From NCBI GenBank assembly GCA_040756875.1, contig JBFLYH010000001.1:928001-992000 (forward strand): a stretch of 64,000 bases of DNA. The letters run 5' to 3'. The translations under genes and the position numbers were made by a program. This stretch comes from a candidate division FCPU426 bacterium (GTDB lineage Bacteria > Oederibacteriota > JAAXVQ01 > JAUVAV01). The notes beneath the pieces were generated by a model. It had not been told where the DNA came from, did no database searches, and saw nothing but the letters and a program-made list of their open reading frames with translations. This document shows positions 1 to 9,108 of this stretch, piece by piece. Positions within the stretch are counted from its first letter, which is position 1. Each line of letters opens with the position of its first letter.

Positions 1-2
1 AC

Positions 3-500
3 AGCATACTGGGATCACAGCGGGAACATATCGTCATCGGCGTGGCCGACATGAAGCTGTCCAACCAGCGGGGCGACATTCTGGTCACCCACGCCCTGGG
101 CAGCTGCCTGGGCATCGCCATCCACGATCCCGTGGCCTGCGTGGGCGGGATTTTTCACGTCATGCTGCCCACCAGCAGCGCTTCCCCGGAAAAGGCGGCC
201 TCCCATCCGCTGATGTTCGTGGACACCGGCACGCCGCTGTTCTTCAAGCAGGCCTACGCCCTGGGCGCCAGCAAACCGCAACTGGTGGTCAAAGTGGCCG
301 GCGGCTCGGCATTGGCGCTGGGAGACGACTTCTTCGCCATCGGCAAGCGCAACATCCTCATGTTGCGCAAGCTGCTCTGGAAAAACGACATTCTGATCGC
401 CAAAGAGGACGTCGGCGGAAGCATATCCCGGACTTTGTACCTGGAAGTCGGGACCGGCAAAACGTGGTTGCATTCCAGCGGACAGGAGTGGGAGCTATGA
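3..500 (+). CDS. cheD: Chemoreceptor glutamine deamidase CheD (5' end probably lies upstream of the window)
   Basis: Motifs IGVADMK, THALGSCLGIAIHD, HVMLP, KVAGG, IGKRN, EDVGG..SRT. The frame is open back to the window edge, upstream of the GTG at 42. Confidence 0.93.
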   Translation, partial: SILGSQREHIVIGVADMKLSNQRGDILVTHALGSCLGIAIHDPVACVGGIFHVMLPTSSASPEKAASHPLMFVDTGTPLFFKQAYALGASKPQLVVKVAGGSALALGDDFFAIGKRNILMLRKLLWKNDILIAKEDVGGSISRTLYLEVGTGKTWLHSSGQEWEL

Positions 501-1339
501 TCGGGCCCATCAAACCGGAAGAATTCGGAAAATTGCCGCCTATGTCCTCCTCGGTCAACCGGCTGGCACGTCTGATCAACGAGCCGGAGGTCGACATCCG
601 TGAAATCACGCGGATCATCGAGTTGGATGTGTCTCTGACCGCCAATCTGCTGCGGTGGGCCAACTCGGCCTGGAGCCAGACCGAGAATCCCATTCTCACG
701 GTCCGCGAAGCGGTCATCCGTCTGGGGATGGGCAACATCCTTAAAATGTCCATTGGCCAAACCGTGGCCGAACCCATGCGCAAATCCTGTCCCGGATACG
801 GGCTCGCGGAAAAGGAGTTGTGGCGGCACAGCGTGGCCGCCGCCCTCGCAGCCGAAACCCTCGACCGTCTGACGCCCAGGCGGATTCCAGGCGTGGCGTT
901 CACTGCGGCGCTGCTGCACGACATCGGCAAATTACTGCTGGGGCAGCATATGACTCCGGAAATGACGCAGCAAATCCGCCAACTCGTGGAAAGCGAAAAC
1001 ATCACTTACAATGCCGCCGAGTTTAAAATATTGGGTACGGATCACGCCAAGGTCGGCGCGGCCATCGGACGGCATTGGGGATTTCCCGAAGTGCTCGTGC
1101 GGGCGATCGAATTCCACCACGACCCCGAAGCCCAGCCCGACATGGTGTCGGACGCGGTTCACATTGCCAACACCGTGGCCAAATTCATCGGCGTGGGCAT
1201 GGGAAGCGAGCAAATGAACCTGCGCGCAAGTCAGGAGGCCGCCGAGCGCCTGGGGTTGAATTCCCTGGTGCTGGAATCCGTATGCGCAACCGTCCAATCC
1301 GACCTGGCCAAGACCGAAGCGCTGTGGGAGGTTCACTGA
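497..1339 (+). CDS. HDOD domain protein
   Basis: LPPM..LL.WANSA..TVREAVIRLG, LWRHS..A, ALLHDIGKLLL, G.DHA.VG..IGRHWGFP..I..HH. The ATG at 497 overlaps the cheD stop (ATGA). Confidence 0.92.
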   Translation: MIGPIKPEEFGKLPPMSSSVNRLARLINEPEVDIREITRIIELDVSLTANLLRWANSAWSQTENPILTVREAVIRLGMGNILKMSIGQTVAEPMRKSCPGYGLAEKELWRHSVAAALAAETLDRLTPRRIPGVAFTAALLHDIGKLLLGQHMTPEMTQQIRQLVESENITYNAAEFKILGTDHAKVGAAIGRHWGFPEVLVRAIEFHHDPEAQPDMVSDAVHIANTVAKFIGVGMGSEQMNLRASQEAAERLGLNSLVLESVCATVQSDLAKTEALWEVH

Positions 1340-1340
1340 T

Positions 1341-1739
1341 ATGGAACCCTTAAAAGTCCTGGTAGTGGACGACAGTTCGTCCATGCGGGCGATATTGAAA
1401 AAAATTCTGCGCCTGACCGGTTTGCCCCTGGCCCAGATCTTTGAGGCCGGCAACGGCTTGCAGGCGCTGGAGCTGCTCGCCCAAAACGCCATTGATCTGG
1501 TGTTCGTGGATCTGAACATGCCTGAAATGGGAGGGATGGAATTCATCGGCCGTGTCCAGTCCGATCCCAAGCTGGCCAACACGATCCCGATCATCGTGGT
1601 TTCGACCGAATCCAGCCAGACGCGCATCGACGAAATCCTGGCCAAAGGCATGGGGTTTATCCACAAGCCCTTCACGCCCGAACAAGTGTGCGAAAAAGTG
1701 CGCACCGTGATGGGAGGCGCTTCACATGGAAGCGAATGA
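1341..1739 (+). CDS. cheY: CheY-like single-domain response regulator
   Basis: VVDDS, phospho-acceptor DLNMP, VVSTE, HKPF. Confidence 0.9.
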   Translation: MEPLKVLVVDDSSSMRAILKKILRLTGLPLAQIFEAGNGLQALELLAQNAIDLVFVDLNMPEMGGMEFIGRVQSDPKLANTIPIIVVSTESSQTRIDEILAKGMGFIHKPFTPEQVCEKVRTVMGGASHGSE

Positions 1740-2202
1740 CGTGCTCTTAAACAAAGTGGCCCAGGAAATCTTCGAGCAAACGGCCTATCTGACCCCCCGT
1801 CCCGAAGGAACGCCCAGCATGCCCAAACGGCCGGACGCCATGGCACGGGCCACCGTGAATTTCACGGGCCCCTTTCCCGGCATCTTGCAGCTCGAAGTCC
1901 CCTCGGACCTGCTGCCCATCCTGGCTTCCAATATGCTGGGGGAGGATGAAACCAGCCCCGAGGCGGCCCGGCAAGGCCAGGATGCGCTGGGCGAGCTGGC
2001 CAACATCATTTGCGGCAATTTGCTGGCGCGCATGGCCGGCCCCGAGCCCATTTTCCACTTGGACGCTCCGACCATCGAAAATCCGGCCCGGCCCGTTCCC
2101 GATGTGCCGGCAAACAAATACCGGGCTTACACGACGTTATCCCTGGAAATCGGCTGGGCCTCTTTGAGCATTGCGTTGAACCCGGTCGAAACGCCGGCCT
2201 AG
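1726..2202 (+). CDS. cheX: CheX-family CheY-P phosphatase
   Basis: F.GP..G.L.L..P, LA.NMLG, DALGELANIICGN (ExxN motif). About 158 aa; overlaps the upstream cheY. Confidence 0.85.
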   Translation: MEANDVLLNKVAQEIFEQTAYLTPRPEGTPSMPKRPDAMARATVNFTGPFPGILQLEVPSDLLPILASNMLGEDETSPEAARQGQDALGELANIICGNLLARMAGPEPIFHLDAPTIENPARPVPDVPANKYRAYTTLSLEIGWASLSIALNPVETPA

Positions 2203-2239
2203 CCGGCGCGGCAAACAACTTCGAACCGCGAGGCAGCTT

Positions 2240-3289
2240 ATGATCCGCGTACTGGTCGTCGACGACTCGCACATCATACGCAATAAAATTTCGCAGGGCC
2301 TGGATAATTTTAAAGGCATCGAAGTGACGGGCACCGCCGCGGACGCCTACGAGGCGCGAGAAAAAATCGTCGCGCTTCAGCCCGACGTCGTGACCTTGGA
2401 CCTCGAAATGCCGCGCATGGACGGGTTTTCTTTTTTGGAAAAGCTGATGGCCCACTATCCCCTGCCGGTGATCGTGGTCAGTTCGATCTCCCAGGCCGGA
2501 AGCGCCAGCGCCATTCGCGCCCTGGAGCTCGGCGCCGTGGACGTACTCAGCAAACCCAACTCCAAGGAGGAAGTCCCGGCGTTCCTGCAAATGCTGATGG
2601 AAAAAATCAAGATCGCCGCCCAGGCCAAAATCCGCAACCATGCCGCGCCGACGGCCCAAAACCCCGTTGCAGGCGCCCAGACGCTGACCGAAGGCGAGCT
2701 CAAGCACAAAGTGCTGGCCATCGGCGCCTCCACGGGCGGCACCGAAGCCATCGCCAAAGTCCTGCAGGCATTGCCCAAGGAAATTCCGGGCACGGTCATG
2801 GTCCAACACATGCCCGCCTATATCATGCCGGCTTTTGCCAAGCGTCTGAACGACCTCAGCGCCCTCGAAGTCCAGGAAGCCAAAAACGGCATGACCCTCC
2901 GCCCCGGCCTGGCCCTGCTTTCGCCCGGAGACAAGCACATGGTCATCAGCCGCAACGGCGACAACTACATGATCCATCTGAAAGACGGGCCGAAAGTTTT
3001 CCACCAGCGCCCCAGCGTGGAGGTGCTGTTCGATTCAGTGGCCAAATGCGCCGGGCCGAGCGCGGTCGGCGTGATCCTGACCGGCATGGGCGCGGACGGC
3101 GCCCGGGCCCTGCTCAACATGAAAAACCAAGGATCGTACACCATCGCCCAGGACGAAAAAACTTCGGTGGTCTTCGGCATGCCCAAAGCGGCCATTGACC
3201 TGGAGGCAGCCACCGCCGTTCTCGCTTTGGATAAAATCCCCCAGGGCATCATCCGGGGCTTTAAAAAATTATGCGGCGCAGAAGTGTAA
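2240..3289 (+). CDS. cheB: Chemotaxis response regulator protein-glutamate methylesterase CheB
   Basis: REC domain (VVDDS, DLEMP, KP) plus methylesterase motifs IGASTGG, VQHMP, RPSVEVLF, LTGMGADGA, AQDE.TSVVFGMP. Confidence 0.97.
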   Translation: MIRVLVVDDSHIIRNKISQGLDNFKGIEVTGTAADAYEAREKIVALQPDVVTLDLEMPRMDGFSFLEKLMAHYPLPVIVVSSISQAGSASAIRALELGAVDVLSKPNSKEEVPAFLQMLMEKIKIAAQAKIRNHAAPTAQNPVAGAQTLTEGELKHKVLAIGASTGGTEAIAKVLQALPKEIPGTVMVQHMPAYIMPAFAKRLNDLSALEVQEAKNGMTLRPGLALLSPGDKHMVISRNGDNYMIHLKDGPKVFHQRPSVEVLFDSVAKCAGPSAVGVILTGMGADGARALLNMKNQGSYTIAQDEKTSVVFGMPKAAIDLEAATAVLALDKIPQGIIRGFKKLCGAEV

Positions 3290-3356
3290 CCTCGCCGGCC
3301 CGCTACTAAGGCGCCGGCGGTTTCGCGGAACCATTCGCAGAGAGGCGGAAACAGAC

Positions 3357-4475
3357 ATGCACACAGCACCCCGGGAAAACCAGAACCGTTCTTCCTCCCT
3401 TCCGGCGGCTTCGCGACCCCAGGCCGCGGAATCCGGCGCACCCGGCCGGATGAACCTCCCCGACTGGATGGGCGAAGCCCTGGCGGCGGCCTTCGACGTG
3501 TCGTTGACCTCCTTGGGCAAGGATAGTTACCGGGTGATCGGCGTGACCGAAAATTACGACCGAGACAATGTGATCGGCGCCTATTTGCCCATGATCAGCC
3601 AGGACGACGCGGTGATCATCGGCATTTTATCCAACAAACTCGGCTGTCAGGAACTGGCCAAATACTTTCTGCAGATGGAAAGTCAGCCGGAGGAGATTTC
3701 CCAGGAAGACATGGCGGATGCCATCCGGGAAATGTTGAACATCCTGTGCGGAGTCGTCAAACGCCAGATGGCCGAACGCCATCCGATACTTAAAACCGGA
3801 CTGCCGGTATTCGTCGAAGGCGACGTGGCTTTGGCCACCGGCCAGGAAGCGCTCTGCATGAAGGTGACCATCGGGCCGCTGGAGATGTACGTGCGCATCA
3901 TCCTCTCGCCGGCGATGCCCCAGCAGGAGCTGTATGACCAGTTGCGCAAGGCCGGCAAGCGTTTGAGTCTCAGCCAGTGGCTGACCGAGATGACCACCGC
4001 GTTTTTCGTCATGACGCCCAAAACCATCGGCCGGGCCGATCATTTCGCGGTCAGCGATATCGCCGACCAATACCGTCGCGAGGACGTCTGCGGCGCCTAC
4101 ATGCCGTTAATCGGAGAGACCGAAGCCGTGCTGCTGGGGCTCATTTCCAACCACGAAGGGTTTGACGCCATCGCCAGAAGCTTCATGGGCGTCGAAAGAA
4201 CCTTCCAGCTTACCGGCGAAGACACGGCAGACGCCATTAAAGAAATTTTGAACATCATTAGCGGGTTGATCAGGCGGCAACTGGCCGAACAAAAATTACC
4301 CTTCCACATGGGGCTGCCGATCTTTATCAACGGCTACCTCGAAGTGAGCGACGACCAGGAAGCAGCCCGGGTCATGGTCGGCATCCAAAACTCGAAAATG
4401 AATCTGGTCGTCATCAGAAAGAAGACAAGCCGGAAACCGGAACGAAACGCTAGGCACAGCAAGCCTACGGCGTAA
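3357..4475 (+). CDS. Tandem (two-domain) CheX-like protein
   Basis: Two internally similar halves: GAYLPM..DAIREMLNILCG..GLPVFVEG and GAYMPL..DAIKEILNIISG..GLPIFING. Start placed at ATG 3357 after GAGG; 3449 is an alternative. Confidence 0.8.
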   Translation: MHTAPRENQNRSSSLPAASRPQAAESGAPGRMNLPDWMGEALAAAFDVSLTSLGKDSYRVIGVTENYDRDNVIGAYLPMISQDDAVIIGILSNKLGCQELAKYFLQMESQPEEISQEDMADAIREMLNILCGVVKRQMAERHPILKTGLPVFVEGDVALATGQEALCMKVTIGPLEMYVRIILSPAMPQQELYDQLRKAGKRLSLSQWLTEMTTAFFVMTPKTIGRADHFAVSDIADQYRREDVCGAYMPLIGETEAVLLGLISNHEGFDAIARSFMGVERTFQLTGEDTADAIKEILNIISGLIRRQLAEQKLPFHMGLPIFINGYLEVSDDQEAARVMVGIQNSKMNLVVIRKKTSRKPERNARHSKPTA

Positions 4476-4510
4476 CCACACAGCAAAACGCCACTGGGCG
4501 GAGGTGGATC

Positions 4511-4873
4511 ATGAAAATACTCATCGTAGACGACAGCAAGGCCATGCGCATGATCATCAGGCGTATCCTGCGGCAAGCCGGATTCCAGGACGTGGACGCC
4601 GAGGAAGCCGTCAACGGCAAGGATGCCCTGGAGAAGATCAAAACCGTGGCGCCGGATCTGGTTTTCCTGGACTGGAACATGCCGGAAATGAACGGCATCG
4701 AAGTGGCTCAGAACCTCAAGCAAAGCGGCTCCCCGATCAAGTACGGCTTCGTCACCTCCGAAGGCACGCAGGAAATGAAGCAACTGGCCATGGATGCAGG
4801 AGCCAACTTTTTCATCTGCAAGCCGTTCACCGTAGAAACTTTCCAAAGCGAGCTGGCGGGGATTTTATCATGA
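4511..4873 (+). CDS. cheY: CheY-like single-domain response regulator
   Basis: IVDDS, LDWNMP, FVTSE, CKPF. RBS GGAGG just upstream. Confidence 0.92.
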   Translation: MKILIVDDSKAMRMIIRRILRQAGFQDVDAEEAVNGKDALEKIKTVAPDLVFLDWNMPEMNGIEVAQNLKQSGSPIKYGFVTSEGTQEMKQLAMDAGANFFICKPFTVETFQSELAGILS

Positions 4874-5373
4874 GCCATGAGTCCGCCCCTTCCATACGGG
4901 AGTGGCTGGGCGCGGCCGAGCGGGCCGCCGAGGAATTGGCCAGCACGATTCTGGGAATCGAGGATTTCCAAATCACCGGCCATGCGCTCGAACCCCCGGA
5001 ATCCCTCGTGGGCGGATACATCAATCTGAACAACGACCTGATCAGACTGAAGCTGGGCGTCCTGACCGATCCCGAAGGCTGTTTGGAGGTAACCCGCCTG
5101 TTTTTGGGCATGGAAACCATTTCCCTGGAGGAACAGGCGGATGCCTGGGGAGAGATCGTAAACATCCTGGCCGGCACCATGAAGCGCAACCTGGACGGCC
5201 ACAGTGCGCCGATCCAGATGGGGTTGCCGAGCGTTGCCAAGGACTTGCCCACGCTTCCGGCCCCGGACGAAATCGCGGCCACCAATCTCACCTTGGGCAA
5301 GGCCAAAGTCACTTTAATGCTGGTCAAGCATCAAAATCACGGAGGTTCCAACGGCAATGAAACTCCCCGCTGA
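4870..5373 (+). CDS. cheX: CheX-family protein
   Basis: DAWGEIVNILAG..K..MGLP. ATG at 4870 overlaps the cheY stop (ATGA). Confidence 0.8.
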   Translation: MSHESAPSIREWLGAAERAAEELASTILGIEDFQITGHALEPPESLVGGYINLNNDLIRLKLGVLTDPEGCLEVTRLFLGMETISLEEQADAWGEIVNILAGTMKRNLDGHSAPIQMGLPSVAKDLPTLPAPDEIAATNLTLGKAKVTLMLVKHQNHGGSNGNETPR

Positions 5374-5821
5374 CAACGAACTCAAGCAGACGTTCTTCGA
5401 TCTTCTGGCCACGCCCATCACGGTCACTCCGCTGCCCGCTTGCACGATCGATAAAAAAAACGCGGCGATCGGAGATTTCACCGGCCATGGGCATCTCGTC
5501 CTGGCGGTCGCCGACCTGAATTTCGCCAACAAATCCGGCGCGGCCATGACCCTGATTCCCGCCGCGGAAGCCGAGCGGGGCGTGCGCACCAACGATATCC
5601 CCGAGGGGATCATCGAAAACTACTCCGAAGTTCTCAATGTACTCGGTGGATTGCTCAATATGCAGAACCAAATCCACTTGCTCTTCGGAAAAGTATACCG
5701 CCCCGGCAAAGACCCGCTCCCTCCCGAAGCAGCCGCCATTTTGGCGAAACCCGCGGTGCAGGCCAATTTCAACGTTCAGATCGGGAAATACGGCGAAGGC
5801 AAATTCACGCTCATGGCTTAA
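5357..5821 (+). CDS. Divergent CheX/CheC-like protein
   Basis: GAAMTLIP..ENYSEVLNVLGGLLN (ExxN). Last gene of the chemosensory operon; overlaps the previous gene. Confidence 0.6.
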   Translation: MKLPADNELKQTFFDLLATPITVTPLPACTIDKKNAAIGDFTGHGHLVLAVADLNFANKSGAAMTLIPAAEAERGVRTNDIPEGIIENYSEVLNVLGGLLNMQNQIHLLFGKVYRPGKDPLPPEAAAILAKPAVQANFNVQIGKYGEGKFTLMA

Positions 5822-5940
5822 GCGCACGGTCATCCTCCGTTTTAAAGCCCCCGCGCCCCCCAAAATAAAATCCCAAAACACTTAATCCGACGCCTTTTTC
5901 TGCCGTTAACTATCTATATGTCATTTTGACGGAGGCTGTC

Positions 5941-8900
5941 ATGAAAAAATCCATTCTCGTCATCCTGCTGGCGCTTACCCTGGCACAAACCGCCGTTGCC
6001 ACGACCTACACCGTAACCAACACCAACGATTCGGGCGCCGGTTCCTTCCGCCAGGCCGTGTTGAGCGCCAATGCCAACGTCGGGCCGGACATCATCACCT
6101 TCAGCTCGAGTTTCATGAGCATTACGCTGGCATCCTATATCAACGTCAGCGATCCGGTGAACATTTCCGGCAGTTATGCGGTCATCAGCGGCGGCGGCGT
6201 GTCCAACGGCGTGTATTTCTCGGCGGGCAGCGACGGTTCCACGATCACGGCCATGGCCTTCGTCCGGATGACCGGTTACGGCCTGTCCCTGGCTTCGAAC
6301 TGCAATCGCGTATACAATTGCGCCCTGGGCACCAACTTCAGCGGCACCTCGGGATTGGGCAACAACATCGGCTTGTCCGTCAGCGGTGACTACAATGACA
6401 TCGGCGGCACACTGTCCTCGAACTACAACATCATCTCCGGCAATGCCACCTGCGGGATTTCCCTCTACGACGCCATCGGCACCCAGGTGCACGGCAATTA
6501 CATCGGCACCAACGGCCTGGGCACTCTGGCCGTGGCCAACGGCACGGGCATTCAAATGTACGGCAACAGCATGGGCAACCTGATCGGCGGCGACCGGTCC
6601 GCCTCCCGGGGAAACCTGATTTCAGGCAACACCAATTACGGCGTTTACCTGAGCGACGCCACGACCTTCGGCAACACTCTGGCCGGCAATACCATCGGCG
6701 TCAATCCCGGCCAGAACGCCGAAATCCCCAACGGCGTAGGCATCATGCTCCATCAGGCCGGCGGCAATGATATAGGCCTGCCTGTCGCGGGGTTCGACAA
6801 CATCATCGCAGGCAATGATTCCTACGGCATCCATCTGTGGTGCGGTTCTTCAACCTCAAACCCCTGGCCGAGCAACAACCGCATTCAAAACAACTCCATC
6901 GGGGTCTGTCCGGACACGGAGAACGCGTTCCCCAATACGTATGGCATTTACCTCAATTACGCGGCCGGCAACCTGATCGGCGGCAACTGCTACAATCTTG
7001 AAGGCAACGTCGTTTCCGGCAACAGCAGCCACGGCATCTGCATGCTGGGCGGCCTGGGAAACACCCTGAGCGGCAACTTCATCGGCACGACCAAATCCGG
7101 CACTGCCAGCCAGCCCAACGCCGGCTGCGGCATCCGCGTGATCGACGGCAACGGCAACTATTTCGGCGGGCAGAACCTGTCCTATGCCCTGCGCAACGGC
7201 AACCTGATTTCCGGCAACGGCCAGCACGGGCTTTCCTTCGAGCGGACCGTGACCGGCGAGCAGCAGCGTTACAATACCATCGTCGGCAACTGGATCGGAA
7301 CCAACATCTATGGCGACGCCGCCGTTCCTAACATTCAAAACGGCATCAATTTTTACATCAACGCCGGCGACAACCAGGTCGGTTCGGCCAACGCCCTGTA
7401 CCGCAACCTCGTCTCGGGCAACGGCGGCTACGGCTTCCGCAGCCAATACGGGTTCAACAACAAGGTGTACGGAAATTTCATCGGCACTAATTACGACGGC
7501 ACGGCGCGCCTGGCCAACACCGGCGACGCGCTCTATTGGACCAATTGCTATCGCAACCGCATCGGTGGCACCAGTGCCGGCGAAGGCAACCTGATCTGCG
7601 GGTCCAGCACGGACGGCGTTTACCTGGCCGACAGCTTCGAAAACACCATTGTCGCCAACACCATCGGCCCGCTGGCCAACCTGACCGTGCCTGCGCCCAA
7701 CTTCACCAATGGCATTTATCTCACCAACTGGAGCTATGACAACTGGATCGGCCTGGAAGGCTCCTCCCAGGGCAATCTGATCGCCGGCACGACCAATGGC
7801 GTCAACATCGCCCATGATAATTCCGACGGCGTCATGCTGAGCACCAACACCATTTGCGCGTTCAGCGGCGCGGGCATCGTGCTGGCCGCAGGCGCCAACA
7901 ACAACCAGGCGGCGCCGGCCATCACCTCGAACGATACCAATTGGCTTTACGGCACCTGCGTCAGCGGCGACGACGTGATCGAGGTCTTCGTTTCCGACCG
8001 CGGAACCGGAGTGGCAGGCGGCAGCCTGACCTTCGTGGGCAGGACCACGACCATCATCGGCACTTCCTGGGGTTTGAACGTCCCTGGCCGTTTCGCCACC
8101 AGCGGCGAAGTCTTCACGGCCATCGCCACCAACGGCCGGAACAGTTCGGCTTTTTCCAGCAATTATATGATTCCTTTCCCGGCCACGGCGACATTCACCG
8201 TCACGCCTACGTCCACCATCTCAGCCACGCCGACCCTTACGCCGACTTTTACCGCCACCCCCACTTACAGCGTAACCGGCACCCCAACGGCCACGGGCAC
8301 AATCACATTCACCTCCACGCCAACGTCCACCGTCACTCCGACGTTCACCGCCACCCCGACGTTCACTGCCACTGCCACGGGCACGGCCACCGGAACCGCC
8401 ACGCCCACGTTCTCGGCCACGATCACGCCGACCGCCACGCCCACTTTTACCGTGACCCGGACCGCCACGGCCACGGGCACTTCAACCTCAACCGCAACGA
8501 TTTCGCCCACGAACACGCCTGGCGACAGCCCCACGTCCACCCCTACTCCCACAGCCACCGCCACTTGCACCCGCACGGCCACGCCCACGATTTCACTCAC
8601 GGCCACGGCCACGGCGACTGTCTCCCGAACCGCCACCGCAACCTTCAGCTCCACTTTCACCCAGACGCGGACCCACACCCCCGTGGTTACGGCCACACCG
8701 ACTCTCACGGCGACCCCGACCTTCACGGTTACGCCGACCTTCACGCCCTCGCCGTTTGTCACGGCCACCGGCACGTTCAGCCCGACCGCCACGGCTACGG
8801 AAGCGGCCGCCACCCCGGGTTCGACTTTCCAGGGCTTCGCGGCCTACCCGCAGCCGGCCCGCGACCAGGTCTTCTTCAATCTTCCGGAATGGACCAGTGG

Positions 8901-9084
8901 GAACTTGGTTCTCTGCGTTTACAATCTTTCAGGGGACTTGGTGGCCAAAGTGGAGGAGTACGGCGGCCAGGGAGCCGTCCGGCCGTCCTTGCGGACGCAG
9001 CATCTGGGCCCAGGCGTGTACTTGGGAGTGGTTTACATCGACGGGAAGAAAACGCGGACGTTCAAATTCGTGGTGGCGAAATAG
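5941..9084 (+). CDS. Large secreted protein: parallel beta-helix repeats, Thr/Pro-rich stalk, C-terminal T9SS-type-A-like sorting domain
   Basis: Signal peptide MKKSILVILLALTLAQTAVA; VTNTNDSGAGSFRQA; repeated GN.IG/GNLISGN units; Thr-rich region ~8185-8820; C-terminus AYPQPARD..VYNLSGDLV..LGPGVYL..KFVVAK. Confidence 0.85.
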   Translation: MKKSILVILLALTLAQTAVATTYTVTNTNDSGAGSFRQAVLSANANVGPDIITFSSSFMSITLASYINVSDPVNISGSYAVISGGGVSNGVYFSAGSDGSTITAMAFVRMTGYGLSLASNCNRVYNCALGTNFSGTSGLGNNIGLSVSGDYNDIGGTLSSNYNIISGNATCGISLYDAIGTQVHGNYIGTNGLGTLAVANGTGIQMYGNSMGNLIGGDRSASRGNLISGNTNYGVYLSDATTFGNTLAGNTIGVNPGQNAEIPNGVGIMLHQAGGNDIGLPVAGFDNIIAGNDSYGIHLWCGSSTSNPWPSNNRIQNNSIGVCPDTENAFPNTYGIYLNYAAGNLIGGNCYNLEGNVVSGNSSHGICMLGGLGNTLSGNFIGTTKSGTASQPNAGCGIRVIDGNGNYFGGQNLSYALRNGNLISGNGQHGLSFERTVTGEQQRYNTIVGNWIGTNIYGDAAVPNIQNGINFYINAGDNQVGSANALYRNLVSGNGGYGFRSQYGFNNKVYGNFIGTNYDGTARLANTGDALYWTNCYRNRIGGTSAGEGNLICGSSTDGVYLADSFENTIVANTIGPLANLTVPAPNFTNGIYLTNWSYDNWIGLEGSSQGNLIAGTTNGVNIAHDNSDGVMLSTNTICAFSGAGIVLAAGANNNQAAPAITSNDTNWLYGTCVSGDDVIEVFVSDRGTGVAGGSLTFVGRTTTIIGTSWGLNVPGRFATSGEVFTAIATNGRNSSAFSSNYMIPFPATATFTVTPTSTISATPTLTPTFTATPTYSVTGTPTATGTITFTSTPTSTVTPTFTATPTFTATATGTATGTATPTFSATITPTATPTFTVTRTATATGTSTSTATISPTNTPGDSPTSTPTPTATATCTRTATPTISLTATATATVSRTATATFSSTFTQTRTHTPVVTATPTLTATPTFTVTPTFTPSPFVTATGTFSPTATATEAAATPGSTFQGFAAYPQPARDQVFFNLPEWTSGNLVLCVYNLSGDLVAKVEEYGGQGAVRPSLRTQHLGPGVYLGVVYIDGKKTRTFKFVVAK

Positions 9085-9108
9085 CCGCCCCGCAGGCCGG
9101 ATCAACCG

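Noticed and set aside
3195-3356. N-terminal extension of the tandem CheX ORF in the ORF track
   Set aside because: Overlaps the cheB 3' end; a better RBS and ATG occur at 3357.
4504-4869. N-terminal extension of ORF 4504-5373
   Set aside because: Fully overlaps cheY in another frame; the true start is the coupled ATG at 4870.
8185-8820. Short repeated ACC/ACG/GCC units resembling a tandem array or CRISPR (also 24255-25010)
   Set aside because: No constant repeat with unique spacers; it is low-complexity coding sequence, and no cas genes are present.
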